The notes beneath the pieces were generated by a model. It did not search any database. It had not been told where the DNA came from and saw only the letters and a program-made list of their open reading frames with translations. From positions 384,001-448,000 of the forward strand of contig OY970320.1 of assembly GCA_963716745.1 (NCBI GenBank): 64,000 nt of DNA. Reading direction: 5' to 3'. Positions 33,543-44,213 of the stretch are shown one piece after another. Numbering within the stretch: position 1 is the first letter of the stretch; each line of letters starts with the position of its first letter. The translations under genes were made by a program, and so were the position numbers. This DNA comes from an uncultured Gemmatimonadaceae bacterium (GTDB taxonomy: Bacteria > Gemmatimonadota > Gemmatimonadetes > Gemmatimonadales > Gemmatimonadaceae).

Positions 33543-34151
33543 ATGGCGCTCACCAAACGGCAGCGGGAGATCCTCGACTACCTCGCGGCGTACTCGGAGC
33601 AGAACGGCTACGCTCCGAGCTTCGAGGAGATCGCGCGTCAGTTCAACTATAACTCGCTGGCCACGGTTCACGAGCATCTCAGCAACCTCGAGCGCAAGGG
33701 TTACATCAAGCGTTCGTACAATGAGAGCCGCGCGATCGAGATCCTGCCGTCGGACGTGTTCCCGAAGGCCGTCGAGTTGCCGCTGCTGGGATCGGTGGCG
33801 GCCGGCACGCCGATCGAGGCGATCTCCACTGGTGAAACGCTCTGCGTTCCGGAAACGTTCATCGGCCGCGCGGGCAATCACTACGTGTTGCGCGTGCGCG
33901 GGAACTCAATGATCGACGAGCAGATCCGCGACGGCGACTACGTCGTGATCAACGAGCGCCGGACCGCCGACAACGGTGAGACGGTCATCGCGCTCATCGA
34001 CAACAGCGCCGCCACGGTCAAGAAGTTCTACCGCGAGCGGGACGGGCGGATCCGTCTGCAGCCCGCCAATGACACCATGAGCCCGATCTACGTGCACGAG
34101 AATGACGTGACGATCCAAGGGGTCGTCGTGGGCGTGCTGAGACGCTGCTAA
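33543..34151 (+). CDS. lexA: SOS transcriptional repressor LexA
   Basis: LTKRQREIL...PSFEEI...HLSNLERKGYI; VAAG cleavage site; GNSM (Ser) and TVKK (Lys). Confidence 0.96.
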   Translation: MALTKRQREILDYLAAYSEQNGYAPSFEEIARQFNYNSLATVHEHLSNLERKGYIKRSYNESRAIEILPSDVFPKAVELPLLGSVAAGTPIEAISTGETLCVPETFIGRAGNHYVLRVRGNSMIDEQIRDGDYVVINERRTADNGETVIALIDNSAATVKKFYRERDGRIRLQPANDTMSPIYVHENDVTIQGVVVGVLRRC

Positions 34152-34201
34152 CACTGGAACGGCGCGTTTGGCAGCTGAGCGTATGGTACTGCCAACCCCT
34201 G

Positions 34202-35233
34202 CTAGCGCTTCGCGCTAGCGCTTTTCAGACGCTCCAGCGCTGCGGCGCCCGCCCCTGAATCGATCGCGCCGGCGGCCAGCTTCGCCGCCTCGAAGATGTC
34301 GGGCGCCAGGTCCGCCACGTAGATCGCGGCCGCAGCGTTCAATATCACGGCGCTCCGCGCTACACCTCGCTCCTTCCCCGCGAGCACGGCTTCGATGATC
34401 CGCGCGTTGTCGGAGGGCATGCCCCCCGCGAGACCCGCCGCCGAGCCGGCCGCCAGCCCGAACTTCGTGGGATCGATCGTCCAGGGCCGTACCTGACCGT
34501 CGCGCACCTCCAGCACGTGCGTGATCCCCAGGGGCGAGACTTCGTCCATGCCCGGCTCGCCGTGCACCACGAGCGCGTGCACGCTGCCCAGCGCGGCCAG
34601 AGCCTCGGCCAGCAGCGCGAGCCGGCCCACATCGGCGACGCCCACCACCTGACGTCCCGCCCCGGCGGGATTGGCGAGCGGCCCGAGCACGTTCATGACC
34701 GTCGGCACGCCGAGTTCGCGGCGCACCGGGCCCACATGGCGCATCGCGGGGTGCATCAGCGGCGCGAACATGAACACGATGCCGGCCTCGTCCAACACCC
34801 GGCGCATTTCGTCAACGCTCAGTTCGATGCGCACGCGGAGCGCCTCGAGAACGTCGGCGCCGCCGCTCCGGGTCGTGAAGGAGCGATTGCCGTGCTTGGC
34901 GACGCGCGCGCCGGCGCCCGCCGCCACGAGCGCAGCGGCCGTGGAGATGTTGAACGTCGCCACTTTGCCGCCGCCCGTGCCCGCCGTGTCCACGAGATCC
35001 TCGGGGCTCGACGCCGGGAGCGTGACCATCGCGTCGCGCAGGGCCATCGCGCCGCCCGTGATCTCGGCGGCTGTCTCCCCCTTCACGCGCAGCGCCATGA
35101 GGAGCGCCGCAACCTGCGCGGACGTGCCCTCCCCGCGCATCACCGCGCTGAACGCACCCGCCGTTTCCTCGGAGGACAGCGACTCGCCCGCCGCCAGCCG
35201 GCGGAGCGCGCCGCGCAACGCCTCAGCGGACAC
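34202..35233 (-). CDS. trpD: anthranilate phosphoribosyltransferase
   Basis: DTAGTGGG, FNIST, AKHGNRS, GADVLEAL, HPAMR, GPLANP, GMDEVS. Confidence 0.96.
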   Translation of the reverse strand: MSAEALRGALRRLAAGESLSSEETAGAFSAVMRGEGTSAQVAALLMALRVKGETAAEITGGAMALRDAMVTLPASSPEDLVDTAGTGGGKVATFNISTAAALVAAGAGARVAKHGNRSFTTRSGGADVLEALRVRIELSVDEMRRVLDEAGIVFMFAPLMHPAMRHVGPVRRELGVPTVMNVLGPLANPAGAGRQVVGVADVGRLALLAEALAALGSVHALVVHGEPGMDEVSPLGITHVLEVRDGQVRPWTIDPTKFGLAAGSAAGLAGGMPSDNARIIEAVLAGKERGVARSAVILNAAAAIYVADLAPDIFEAAKLAAGAIDSGAGAAALERLKSASAKR

Positions 35234-36539
35234 CGATGCTCTCGAGGAGGCGCTCCGGGAGCGCCGCGCGCGACGCGACGAGCGAGATCACGAGCGCGAG
35301 CAGCCGCACGCGCTCGACGTCTTCGTCCACGAAGACGCCGCGCTGCACGCGATTCGTGAGGTTGAGTACGCCGACCAGCTCGCCGTGGTAGACGAGCGGG
35401 AAGGAGATGAACGAGCCGGTGGTGAGATACTCGTCGCCGAGCAGCGGGTGGCCGCCCGCCTGCTCGACGTCCGTGACCAGCAGCGGCTCGCGGCTCTTCG
35501 CCACCTTGCCGGCCACACCCACCCCGATCGCGATCCGTTTCCCATCGGCGATCTCGGGCGCGAGCCCCTTCGACGCGGCGATGAAGAGTTCCTGCGTGCC
35601 CGGCGCGCGCAGCATGAGTGAACATCGCTGCGCCTGCATGTCGTCGCCCACGAGGGCCAACAGGCCATCCACGAGCTGGCGCGGATCTTCGGTCACCGCG
35701 TCGAGCCCGAGCACGCGCTCGATGAGATAGAGCGTGCGCGTCTTCTCCCGCAGCGATTCGCCGCGGCGATGCAACTCGATGTGCGCCTGCTCCAGCTGGC
35801 CCACCGCGGCCGCGACCTGCTGCTCCACCGCGTCGGCGCGACGCGTCGCGCGCCTCGCTTCCTCCTTGCTGCTCGCGCTCTCCTTCTCGAGCGCGACGAG
35901 TCGCTCCGGCGAGAGTGTCGCGGCGCCGGCGGTCGGAGTGTTCCGCGCCTGCGCGAGCGCTTGCTCCAGAGCGGCGAGATGCTTCACGTACTCACCGTGC
36001 ACGCGTTGCGTGACGTCCTCGAGCGTGCGCACCGCCTCGTTGCGCGCCTCCTGCTCGGCGAACCGCGCGTACGCGAGGTCGAACAGAGCGACGTTCGGCG
36101 CGAAGCGCTCCACCACGCGCGTGCCGAAGAAGCGCCGCGGCTCGAACAGCGCCACCACCGCCGACAGATGCCCGTCGGTCTGCACGCCGTGCAGCGCGAG
36201 CAGCCCCTCCTCGTTCAGCGCCGACGCGAGCCCGAGCAATCGCGCGTATTCGTCGGACTGGTCGCCGAGATCCGCGAACTGGCCGCCGCTCGAGACCTGC
36301 GTGCGGATGCGCGTGGGCAGATGATCCAGCGTCGTGTCCGCACGCACGCGCCGCACCGTCGAGCCGTCGGGCGTGAGCCGCTCGCGCAGGATCTGGCGGC
36401 GCGCGTCGAACGTGAATAGTGCCACGACCGCCGTGCGGTCCACATCGGCGAGCGCTTCACCCAATGCGACGAGCGCGGCGTCGAGATCCGAGGCCGCACC
36501 GAGCGCGTGCGCGAGCGAAGCGAGGGTACGTGGGGGCAT
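35223..36539 (-). CDS. GAF domain-containing protein (GAF-like domain, coiled coil, GAF) with no evident output domain
   Basis: C-terminal RCSLML...GVGVAGKVA...SFISFPL...GVLNL; central heptad-rich A/E/Q/R segment. Confidence 0.78.
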   Translation of the reverse strand: MPPRTLASLAHALGAASDLDAALVALGEALADVDRTAVVALFTFDARRQILRERLTPDGSTVRRVRADTTLDHLPTRIRTQVSSGGQFADLGDQSDEYARLLGLASALNEEGLLALHGVQTDGHLSAVVALFEPRRFFGTRVVERFAPNVALFDLAYARFAEQEARNEAVRTLEDVTQRVHGEYVKHLAALEQALAQARNTPTAGAATLSPERLVALEKESASSKEEARRATRRADAVEQQVAAAVGQLEQAHIELHRRGESLREKTRTLYLIERVLGLDAVTEDPRQLVDGLLALVGDDMQAQRCSLMLRAPGTQELFIAASKGLAPEIADGKRIAIGVGVAGKVAKSREPLLVTDVEQAGGHPLLGDEYLTTGSFISFPLVYHGELVGVLNLTNRVQRGVFVDEDVERVRLLALVISLVASRAALPERLLESIGVR

Positions 36540-36582
36540 TTGGTCTCGTGAGCGCCGCCGCAGTGGCGCGCGCGGGAGAGCG

Positions 36583-36664
36583 AATGTAGGGACGTAGGTT
36601 GCGCCGTGTCAATCGGTTCGGCGCTCGTGCGTCGCTTGCTTGGCCACTTCGCGGCCGGTAACTT
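36583..36664. promoter_or_regulatory. divergent sigma70-like promoters for GAF-trpD (-) and truA (+, leaderless geometry)
   Basis: Minus strand TTGACA (36607-36612)-N18-TACATT (36583-36588); plus strand TTGCTT (36636-36641)-N17-TAACTT (36659-36664), 6 nt before the truA ATG. Confidence 0.6.
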
Positions 36665-36670
36665 TCGTGC

Positions 36671-37447
36671 ATGCCGGAGCGCACCGTCCAGCTCGTGTTG
36701 CAGTACGACGGCGCAGGATTCGCGGGCTGGCAGCGCCAGCCGGGTCAGCGCACGGTGCAATCGGCGCTCGAGGATGCGCTCGCGAGATTGTGCGACGCGC
36801 CAGTCGCGGCGCTCGGCGCGGGCCGCACCGACGCCGGCGTGCACGCCCGGGGGCAAGCGGCCGGCGTGCGCGTGCCGGCGAAATGGACGCCCGCCGAACT
36901 CCGCCGCGCGCTCAACGCCGTGCTTCCCGAGGACCTGTGGGTCGCCGCGGCGCACGAGATGCGGCCGGAGTTCCACGCGCGCTACAGCGCGACCGCCCGG
37001 CGGTACGGTTATCTGATCGGGCTCGATGAGGATGCGCAGTCCCCCTTTCGACGGCGCTGGGAATGGGCGCCCGCTCGCGCGCTGGACCGAGCCGTGCTCG
37101 AGGCCGAGGCGCGCGCCCTCTGTGGCGAGCACGTCTTCCTCGCGTTCGCGGTGGCCGGCACCGCGCCGCCGACAGATTCGCACAAGTGCACGGTGACGCA
37201 CGCCGCGTGGACCGATCGTCCCGGCGGGCTGCAATTCACCGTCGAGGCGAACCGTTTCCTGCATCACATGGTGCGCTTCGTCGTGGGCACCATGGTGGAC
37301 GCCGCGAGCGGGCGCCGCGCCCCCGGCAGCATCGCGGCACTGCTCGCGGCCATCCACAACCAGGAGACATCGCCGCCAGCGCCGGCGCATGGATTGTTCC
37401 TGGACTCTGTGCGGTACCCGAGCGATCTTTATGTCGTGCCCGCATGA
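36671..37447 (+). CDS. truA: tRNA pseudouridine(38-40) synthase
   Basis: YDGAGFAGWQ, AGRTDAGVHA, FHARYSA, FLHHMVR, APAHGLFL. Confidence 0.96.
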   Translation: MPERTVQLVLQYDGAGFAGWQRQPGQRTVQSALEDALARLCDAPVAALGAGRTDAGVHARGQAAGVRVPAKWTPAELRRALNAVLPEDLWVAAAHEMRPEFHARYSATARRYGYLIGLDEDAQSPFRRRWEWAPARALDRAVLEAEARALCGEHVFLAFAVAGTAPPTDSHKCTVTHAAWTDRPGGLQFTVEANRFLHHMVRFVVGTMVDAASGRRAPGSIAALLAAIHNQETSPPAPAHGLFLDSVRYPSDLYVVPA

Positions 37448-38805
37448 CGATCACTCACCTGACCGCCCTGCTCGCCGGTGCGCTCGCCGCCACGCTCCCC
37501 GCGGCCGCTGGCGCACAGCATGAAGTGGATGCGCAGCGGCATACCGCGATCACGGAAGCGGTCGCGCGTGTCGCGCCCGCCGTGGTCACGGTGCAGACCG
37601 AGATCCTCGACAAGTCCACGAATCCGTTCGACATCTTCGCCGGCCGCGGCGAGCGCGTCGTGCCGGGGATCGGCAGCGGGATCATCGTGCGCAAGGACGG
37701 CGTGATCGTCACGAACGCCCACGTTGTGCAGGACGCGCAATCGATCGCCGTCGCGCTGCGCGACGGCACCACCTACCCCGCGCGACTCGTCGGCAAGGAC
37801 GAGATCAACGATCTCGCGGTGCTGCGGATCGACGCGACCGATCTGCCCGTGGCACCGCTGGGGAACTCCGACGATCTGATCATCGGCGAGTGGGCGATCG
37901 CGATCGGCAATCCGTACGGCTTCCTGCTCGGCAACTCCGAACCGAGCGTGACCGCGGGCGTGATCAGCGGCACGGGGCGCAATCTCGTGGCGCGCAGCGA
38001 GGGCGCGGCGATCTACGTGGACATGATCCAGACCGATGCCGCCGTGAATCCCGGCAATTCGGGCGGCCCGCTGGTGGACGCGCTCGGCGAAGTGGTTGGC
38101 GTGAACAGCTCGATCTTCACGCCGAGCGGCGGCTCGATCGGCCTCGGCTTCGCGATCCCGATCAATCGTGTGAAGCGCGTGACCGAGGACCTGCTCGCGC
38201 ATGGCGTGGTGCGGCGGCCGTGGGTGGGCCTCAAGCTCGAGATCCCCGCGGCGACCGCCAGCTCCCTGCGCGGTGGTCCGCGCGCCGCCATGGTGGTGAG
38301 TTCGGTGGTGCCGGGATCCCCCGCCGACAAGGCCGGCATCCAGAAGGGTGACATCCTCGAGAAATCGCGCAGCCGCGCGATCCACACGGCCTTCGATTGG
38401 GAGGCGGAGCTGCTCGACTTGCGCGTGGGTGAGCCGCTCGTGCTTACGGTGAAGCGCGGCGACAAGCATCTGGCGCTGAACGTGGTGGTGACCGATCTGC
38501 CCGAGGAGAACGCGCCGAAAGTGGCGGTGCTCCAGGAGCTCGAACTGGTCACGCTCACGCCGCAGATCCGCGCCGAGAAAGGGTTGCGGAGCCCGAAGGG
38601 CGCGCTCATCTACAAGTTGAGTTCGCGCGTGTCCGACGAGATCGGACTCGAGAAAGGCGACGTGATCGTCCAGATCAACCGCACACCCATCGAGAATGCG
38701 AACGACGCGCAGGCCGCCCTGCTCGCCGCGGGATCGAACGGTGTGATCCGGATGTTCTTCGAACGCGGCGGCCGCATCTACTCCACCGATTTCATGGTCC
38801 GATGA
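37444..38805 (+). CDS. HtrA/DegP-like periplasmic serine protease with two PDZ domains
   Basis: Signal peptide; [32 protein letters not shown]. Confidence 0.92.
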   Translation: MTITHLTALLAGALAATLPAAAGAQHEVDAQRHTAITEAVARVAPAVVTVQTEILDKSTNPFDIFAGRGERVVPGIGSGIIVRKDGVIVTNAHVVQDAQSIAVALRDGTTYPARLVGKDEINDLAVLRIDATDLPVAPLGNSDDLIIGEWAIAIGNPYGFLLGNSEPSVTAGVISGTGRNLVARSEGAAIYVDMIQTDAAVNPGNSGGPLVDALGEVVGVNSSIFTPSGGSIGLGFAIPINRVKRVTEDLLAHGVVRRPWVGLKLEIPAATASSLRGGPRAAMVVSSVVPGSPADKAGIQKGDILEKSRSRAIHTAFDWEAELLDLRVGEPLVLTVKRGDKHLALNVVVTDLPEENAPKVAVLQELELVTLTPQIRAEKGLRSPKGALIYKLSSRVSDEIGLEKGDVIVQINRTPIENANDAQAALLAAGSNGVIRMFFERGGRIYSTDFMVR

Positions 38806-40239
38806 CCGATCACGAGAGTTACGCGTCTCCGCTGTCCGAACGCTACGCCTCGCGCGCGATGATCGCGCTTTGGTCGCCGCAGCGGCGTCACGCACTCTGG
38901 CGCCGGCTGTGGCTCGCGCTGGCCGAGGCGCAGCGCGAACTTGGCGTCGCCGCCGTCACCGAGGAAGGCCTGGCGCAGATGCGCGCGCACCTCGACGACA
39001 TCGACTTCAAGGCCGCGGGCGAGTTCGAACGGCGCTTCCGCCACGACGTGATGGCCCACGTGCATGCGTTCGGCGAGGCGGCCCCCGCGGCGCGCGCGTT
39101 CATCCATCTCGGCGCGACCAGCGCCTACGTCACCGACAACGCCGACCTGATCCTGATGCGCGAGGGACTCGTGCTCCTGCGCGCGAAGTGCGTGGCGGTG
39201 CTGCGCGCCCTCGCGAAGTTCGCCGCGCAATGGCGCGCCGAGCCGGCGCTCGGCTACACGCACCTCCAGCCGGCGCAGCTCACCACCGTGGGCAAGCGCG
39301 CCACGCTCTGGATGCAGGACCTCGTGCTCGACATCGCGGACCTCGATGCGCGCCTGGCCGCGCTCCCGCTCCGCGGCGTGAAGGGCACCACCGGCACGCA
39401 GGCGAGCTTCCTCGAGATCTTCAACGGCGATCACGCGAAGAGTGCGCCGGCTGGAAGCGCTCGTCGTCGCGAAGATGGGATTCGGCGCCGCGATCCCGGT
39501 CACGGGGCAGACGTACTCGCGCAAGCTCGATGCGCAGGTGCTGAGCATCGTCGCGGGCATCGCCGCGAGCGCCTCGAAATTCAGCGGCGATGTGCGGCTG
39601 CTCCAGTCGTTCGGCGAGATGGAAGAGCCGTTCGAGTACGAGCAGATCGGCTCCTCCGCGATGGCGTACAAGCGGAACCCGATGCGCGCCGAGCGCATCG
39701 CGTCGCTCGCGCGCTTCGTGCTCTCGCTCGAGCCCAACGCGAACCAGACGCACAGCGTGCAGTACTTCGAGCGCACGCTGGACGACAGCGCGAACCGGCG
39801 CCTCGTGATCCCCGAATCGTTCCTCGCCGCGGATGCGATGCTCATCCTGTACGAGAACATCGCGGGCGGTCTCGAGGTGCATCCCGCTCGGATCCGCGCG
39901 CGCGTGGACGCGGAGCTCCCGTTCATGTCCACCGAATTGCTCCTCGTGCGCGCGGTGCGCACCGGCGGCGACCGTCAGGCGGCGCACGAGATCATCCGGG
40001 GCCACGCGATCGCGGCCGCGCGCGCGCTCAAGGACGGCGGCGCGCGCAACGATCTTCTCGAGCGACTCGCGGCCGACAAGCAGTTCGGCGTTCCGCTCGC
40101 CGACATGCGCGCAGTGCTCGACGCGCCCGCCTTCACCGGGCGCTCGGCCGCCCAGGTGGACGAGTTCCTCACCGAAGTCGCCGCACCCATTCTCGAATCC
40201 TCACCCGCTACCACCGCCACGGAGAGCCTGCGCGTATGA
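38802..40239 (+). CDS. purB: adenylosuccinate lyase; frameshift near 39441
   Basis: [53 protein letters not shown]. Confidence 0.94.
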
Positions 40240-41163
40240 CGTTGATGACGGAAAGCGACCTGCCACTCGAACGGATCGGGCGCGGCAAGGTCCGCGACAT
40301 CTACGCCGTGGACGCGGAGCGTCTCCTGCTCGTGGCCACCGACCGCGTGAGCGCATTCGATGTGGTGATGCGCGAAGCGGTACCGCGGAAGGGCGCCGTG
40401 CTCACGCAGATGAGCGCATGGTGGTGCAAACAACTCGAGGGCGATGTGGCGCATCACATGATCGCCGCGGATGCCGCCGCGATCGTGCGCGCCGTGCCCG
40501 CACTGAAGGGCAAGGAGCAGCAACTCGCCGGGCGCGCAATGCTCTGCCGGCGCACGAAGGTCTTTCCCATCGAATGCGTCGTAAGAGGTTATATTTCGGG
40601 CTCGGCCTGGAAGGAATACAAGGCGAGCGGCACACTGGCCGGCGAGCGGCTGGCCGCGGGCATGAAGGAGAGCGACCGGCTCGACCCGCCGGTGTTCAGC
40701 CCGGCGACGAAGGCGGAAGAAGGGCACGACGAGAACATCACCATCTGCACGCATGGCCGAGGTGATCGGCGCGGGAGACACGGCGGAGTTGGAGCGGCTC
40801 TCACGGCTCATCTACGAACGCGGGCGGGCGCTCGCGGCGACGCGGGGGATCATCATCGCGGATACGAAATTCGAATTCGGACGCGCGCCGGACGGCCGCA
40901 TCCTGCTGATCGATGAGGTGATGACGCCGGACAGCTCGCGCTTCTGGGCCGCGGACGCGTACCGCCCGGGCGGGACGCAGCCGAGCTTCGACAAGCAGCC
41001 GCTGCGCGACTACCTCGATGGCGAACGCAAAGCCGGCCGGTGGAACGGCGAGGCCCCGCCGCCGCCGCTCCCCGCGGAGGTCGTGCGCGCCACCAGCGAC
41101 CGCTACGTGGACGCCTATCGCCGCGTCACCGGCACCGAACTCGCGATCCCGGAGCTGTCGTGA
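40236..41163 (+). CDS. purC: phosphoribosylaminoimidazolesuccinocarboxamide synthase; frameshift near 40747
   Basis: [57 protein letters not shown]. Confidence 0.95.
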
Positions 41164-41807
41164 ACTTCGCGCAAGAGGGGATGCCCTACATCTTCGGATC
41201 CGCCGCCATCGCGGCGGCGGCGCTCGTCGCCGCGCTCCTCATGCGTTCCTGGCCGGTTTGGATCGCGTTCGTGCTCCTGTCGGTGATCGCACTCTGGGTC
41301 TCGTATTTCTTCCGCGATCCGGAGCGCGCCGGCGAGCGCGGCGCGAAGCTCGTCGTGGCCCCCGCCGATGGACGCGTCGTCATGATCACCACCGTGGACG
41401 AACCCGAATTCCTCGGCGGCCGCGCGACGCGCATCTCGATCTTCATGAACATCTTCAACGTGCACGTGAACCGTTATCCGATCGGCGGCGGCGTGGCGTA
41501 CCTGAAGTACGTGCCCGGAAAGTTCCTCGACGCGCACGCGGAGCGCGCCAGCATCGAGAACGAGCAGAGCTCCATTGGCATTGAGGACGGCACGCGCCGC
41601 GTGCTCGTGCGGCAGATCGCCGGCCTCATCGCGCGGCGGATCATCACCTATCCGCACATGAACGACACCGTCGTGCAGGGCGACCGCCTCGGGCTGATCC
41701 GCTTCGGTTCGCGCGTGGACGTGTACGTGCCGGAGAACGCCGCGCTGCGCGTGAAAGTCGGCGACCTCCCCATAGCCGGTACCACGGTGCTGGCGGAGCT
41801 CAAGTAG
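41160..41807 (+). CDS. psd: phosphatidylserine decarboxylase proenzyme
   Basis: [45 protein letters not shown] (FGS cleavage site). Confidence 0.92.
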   Translation: MNFAQEGMPYIFGSAAIAAAALVAALLMRSWPVWIAFVLLSVIALWVSYFFRDPERAGERGAKLVVAPADGRVVMITTVDEPEFLGGRATRISIFMNIFNVHVNRYPIGGGVAYLKYVPGKFLDAHAERASIENEQSSIGIEDGTRRVLVRQIAGLIARRIITYPHMNDTVVQGDRLGLIRFGSRVDVYVPENAALRVKVGDLPIAGTTVLAELK

Positions 41808-41808
41808 C

Positions 41809-42715
41809 GTGGACGAGCTCCGCCGCCCCAACATGCGCCGCGCGATCGTGCTGCTGCCGAACGGCTTCACGCTCGGCAATCTCTTCTTCGGCGTGTTCGC
41901 GATCGTCTCGGCGTACCGCGGCCACTTCGACTGGTCGGGCTGGTGCATCGTGCTGAGCGGGCTCATGGACGCGCTCGACGGCCGCGTGGCGCGCATGACG
42001 CGCACCGTCAGCCGCTTCGGCGTGGAGCTCGATTCGCTCGTGGACGCGGTGAGCTTCGGCGTGGCGCCGGCGTTCATCATGTTCTTCGCGGTGCTCAATC
42101 AGGAAGGATGGGCGTGGCTCTTCTGTTTCATTGACATCGCGTGCGTCGTGATGCGCCTCGCGCGATTCAACATCGAGCAGGGCGGCCGCGCGAAGACGCA
42201 TTTCCACGGGCTGCCGAGCCCCGCCGCGGGCATGACGCTCGCCACGTACTACTGGTTCAGCCAAACGCCGCTGTATACCAACACGGTGGTGGAGACCTGG
42301 CCGTGGCACACCGTGATCCCGGGGCTCATGGCGGTGCTGAGCTTCCTGATGATCAGCCACGTGCTCTATCCGGCGCTGCCGGTCATCAGCCTGCGCAGCA
42401 TCAAGAGCATCATCGCCTCGCTGTTCGTGGTCGGCGATCCTCGCGCTCGTCGCCATCCACCCCAGGCAGTACGCGTTCCCGGCGATGATGGTCTACGTGA
42501 GCTACGGTCTCGCGAAAACGATCCTGCTCGGCCTCGTCGAGGGCTTGCCGGGGCGCGATCCGCTCAACGACATTGAGGAAGACGAGGAGGGTGAGGATGT
42601 CGAGATGCGTCCTACGTCGCTCGCGGAGCGGCCCGGCGGCAAGGGCCGGCGGCGCTTCGGCCGCGTGCGCGAAGCCATGAACCCGTTCCATACACCGCCG
42701 GAGACCGGACCATGA
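41809..42715 (+). CDS. pssA: CDP-diacylglycerol--serine O-phosphatidyltransferase; frameshift near 42432
   Basis: [18 protein letters not shown]...[26 protein letters not shown]; adjacent to psd. Confidence 0.88.
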
Positions 42716-42969
42716 ACCGCTTCCGCGTGTCCGTGCATATCGTGCCGCGACCGGGGATCCTCGATCCACAGGGCAAGGCTGTGGCCGATGCGCTGCACAC
42801 GCTCGGCTTCGCCGGCGTCGCCGACGCACGCGTGGGTCGTCATATCATTGTCGACGTCGACGCCGCCGACCAGCGCGGCGCCGAGCAAGACGTGAAGGCG
42901 ATGTGCGAGCGGCTGCTGGCGAATCCGGTCACCGAGGATTTCGAACTCGCGGGGGTGCGCGCGCTATGA
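42712..42969 (+). CDS. purS: FGAM synthase subunit PurS
   Basis: [10 protein letters not shown]...RVGR...[10 protein letters not shown]. Confidence 0.93.
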   Translation: MNRFRVSVHIVPRPGILDPQGKAVADALHTLGFAGVADARVGRHIIVDVDAADQRGAEQDVKAMCERLLANPVTEDFELAGVRAL

Positions 42970-43658
42970 GATTCGGCATCGTCACCTTCCCCGGCTCCAA
43001 CTGCGATTACGATGCGCATCACGCGGTCACGGATGCGCTCGGCGCCGAGGCCGTGTACCTGTGGCACAAGGCGCACGATCTCGAAGGTGTGGACGTCGTG
43101 ATCCTGCCGGGCGGATTCAGCTATGGCGACTACCTGCGTTCGGGCGCGATCGCGCGATTCAGCCCGATCATGAAGGAGGTCATGGAGCACGCGCGGCGCG
43201 GCGGTCCGGTGCTCGGCTTCTGCAACGGATTCCAGATCCTCTGCGAAGCGGGGATGCTGCCCGGTGCGCTGCTGCGCAACGCGTCGCTCAAGTTCGTGGG
43301 AGACACCGTGCGCATCCGCGTGGAGAGCACCGACACCATGTTCACCGGACACTATGAGCGCGGCCAGGTGCTGCGCGTGCCGGTGGCCCACGGCGACGGC
43401 CGCTATACCGCCGACGATGCGACGCTCGATGCGCTCGAGAATGACGGCCGCGTCCTCTTCCGGTACGTGGACGCCGCCGGCCGCACGACCGACGCGGCGA
43501 ACCCCAATGGCTCAATGCGCGCGATCGCCGGGATCGTCAGCGCAGAAGGGAATGTGCTCGGCATGATGCCCCACCCCGAACGCGCCGTCGAGCCGCTGCT
43601 GGGCTCGGGCGATGGTCTCGCTCTCTTTCAATCCCTGCTCGATCGCGTCTCCGCCTGA
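42966..43658 (+). CDS. purQ: FGAM synthase glutaminase subunit PurQ
   Basis: [45 protein letters not shown]. Confidence 0.96.
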   Translation: MRFGIVTFPGSNCDYDAHHAVTDALGAEAVYLWHKAHDLEGVDVVILPGGFSYGDYLRSGAIARFSPIMKEVMEHARRGGPVLGFCNGFQILCEAGMLPGALLRNASLKFVGDTVRIRVESTDTMFTGHYERGQVLRVPVAHGDGRYTADDATLDALENDGRVLFRYVDAAGRTTDAANPNGSMRAIAGIVSAEGNVLGMMPHPERAVEPLLGSGDGLALFQSLLDRVSA

Positions 43659-43672
43659 CCCCCGAGGTGCCT

Positions 43673-44210
43673 ATGCGTCGCCCGCTCGTACTCGCCGCTC
43701 TCTCTGCCTTCGCCGCCACGGCCGCCCTCGCGGCCGGCGCGCAGACGAAGGACAACGTGATCGACCCCGGCATGAGCAAGACCCAGGTGATCGAGCATCT
43801 CGGGCCAGCCGCAGTCGCTCAAGACCTCCGACACGACGCTGTACATGTACTATCGGAACGGCTGCGAGAAGACCTGCGGCATGAACGACGTCGTCGTGCT
43901 CGTGCATGACAAGGTCGTGGACGCGATCTTCCGCGATCCGAACCGGAAGTACACGGGTGAGAGCAGTTCGCCCACGCAGATCAGCGCGGCGGAAGCGCGC
44001 AAGACGGGCGCGGCGATGGCGAAGGGTGGCACCGCGGCGCCGAGGCCGCCCGCACCTCCTCCGGCGAGCGGGAAAGCGGAAGTGATGCCGGCGCCCAAGC
44101 CGCTGCCCGCGCCGCCACCGGCCGCGATGCCGCCGATGGACAGCACGAAGAAGGACACGATGCCGAAACCGAAGGCCGACACGACGGCGCCCAAGCCGCC
44201 GGCGGAATAG
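43673..44210 (+). CDS. hypothetical exported protein (SmpA/BamE-like start, Pro-rich tail); frameshift near 43806
   Basis: Signal peptide MRRPLVLAALSAFAATAALA; IDPGMSKTQVIEHLG; YYRNGCEKTCGMND; P/A/K-rich C-terminus. Confidence 0.65.
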
Positions 44211-44213
44211 CGC

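Noticed and set aside
38802..40916. 704-aa PurB-PurC fusion ORF
   Set aside because: The middle is out-of-frame sequence; the real PurB C-terminus is in ORF 39442..40239
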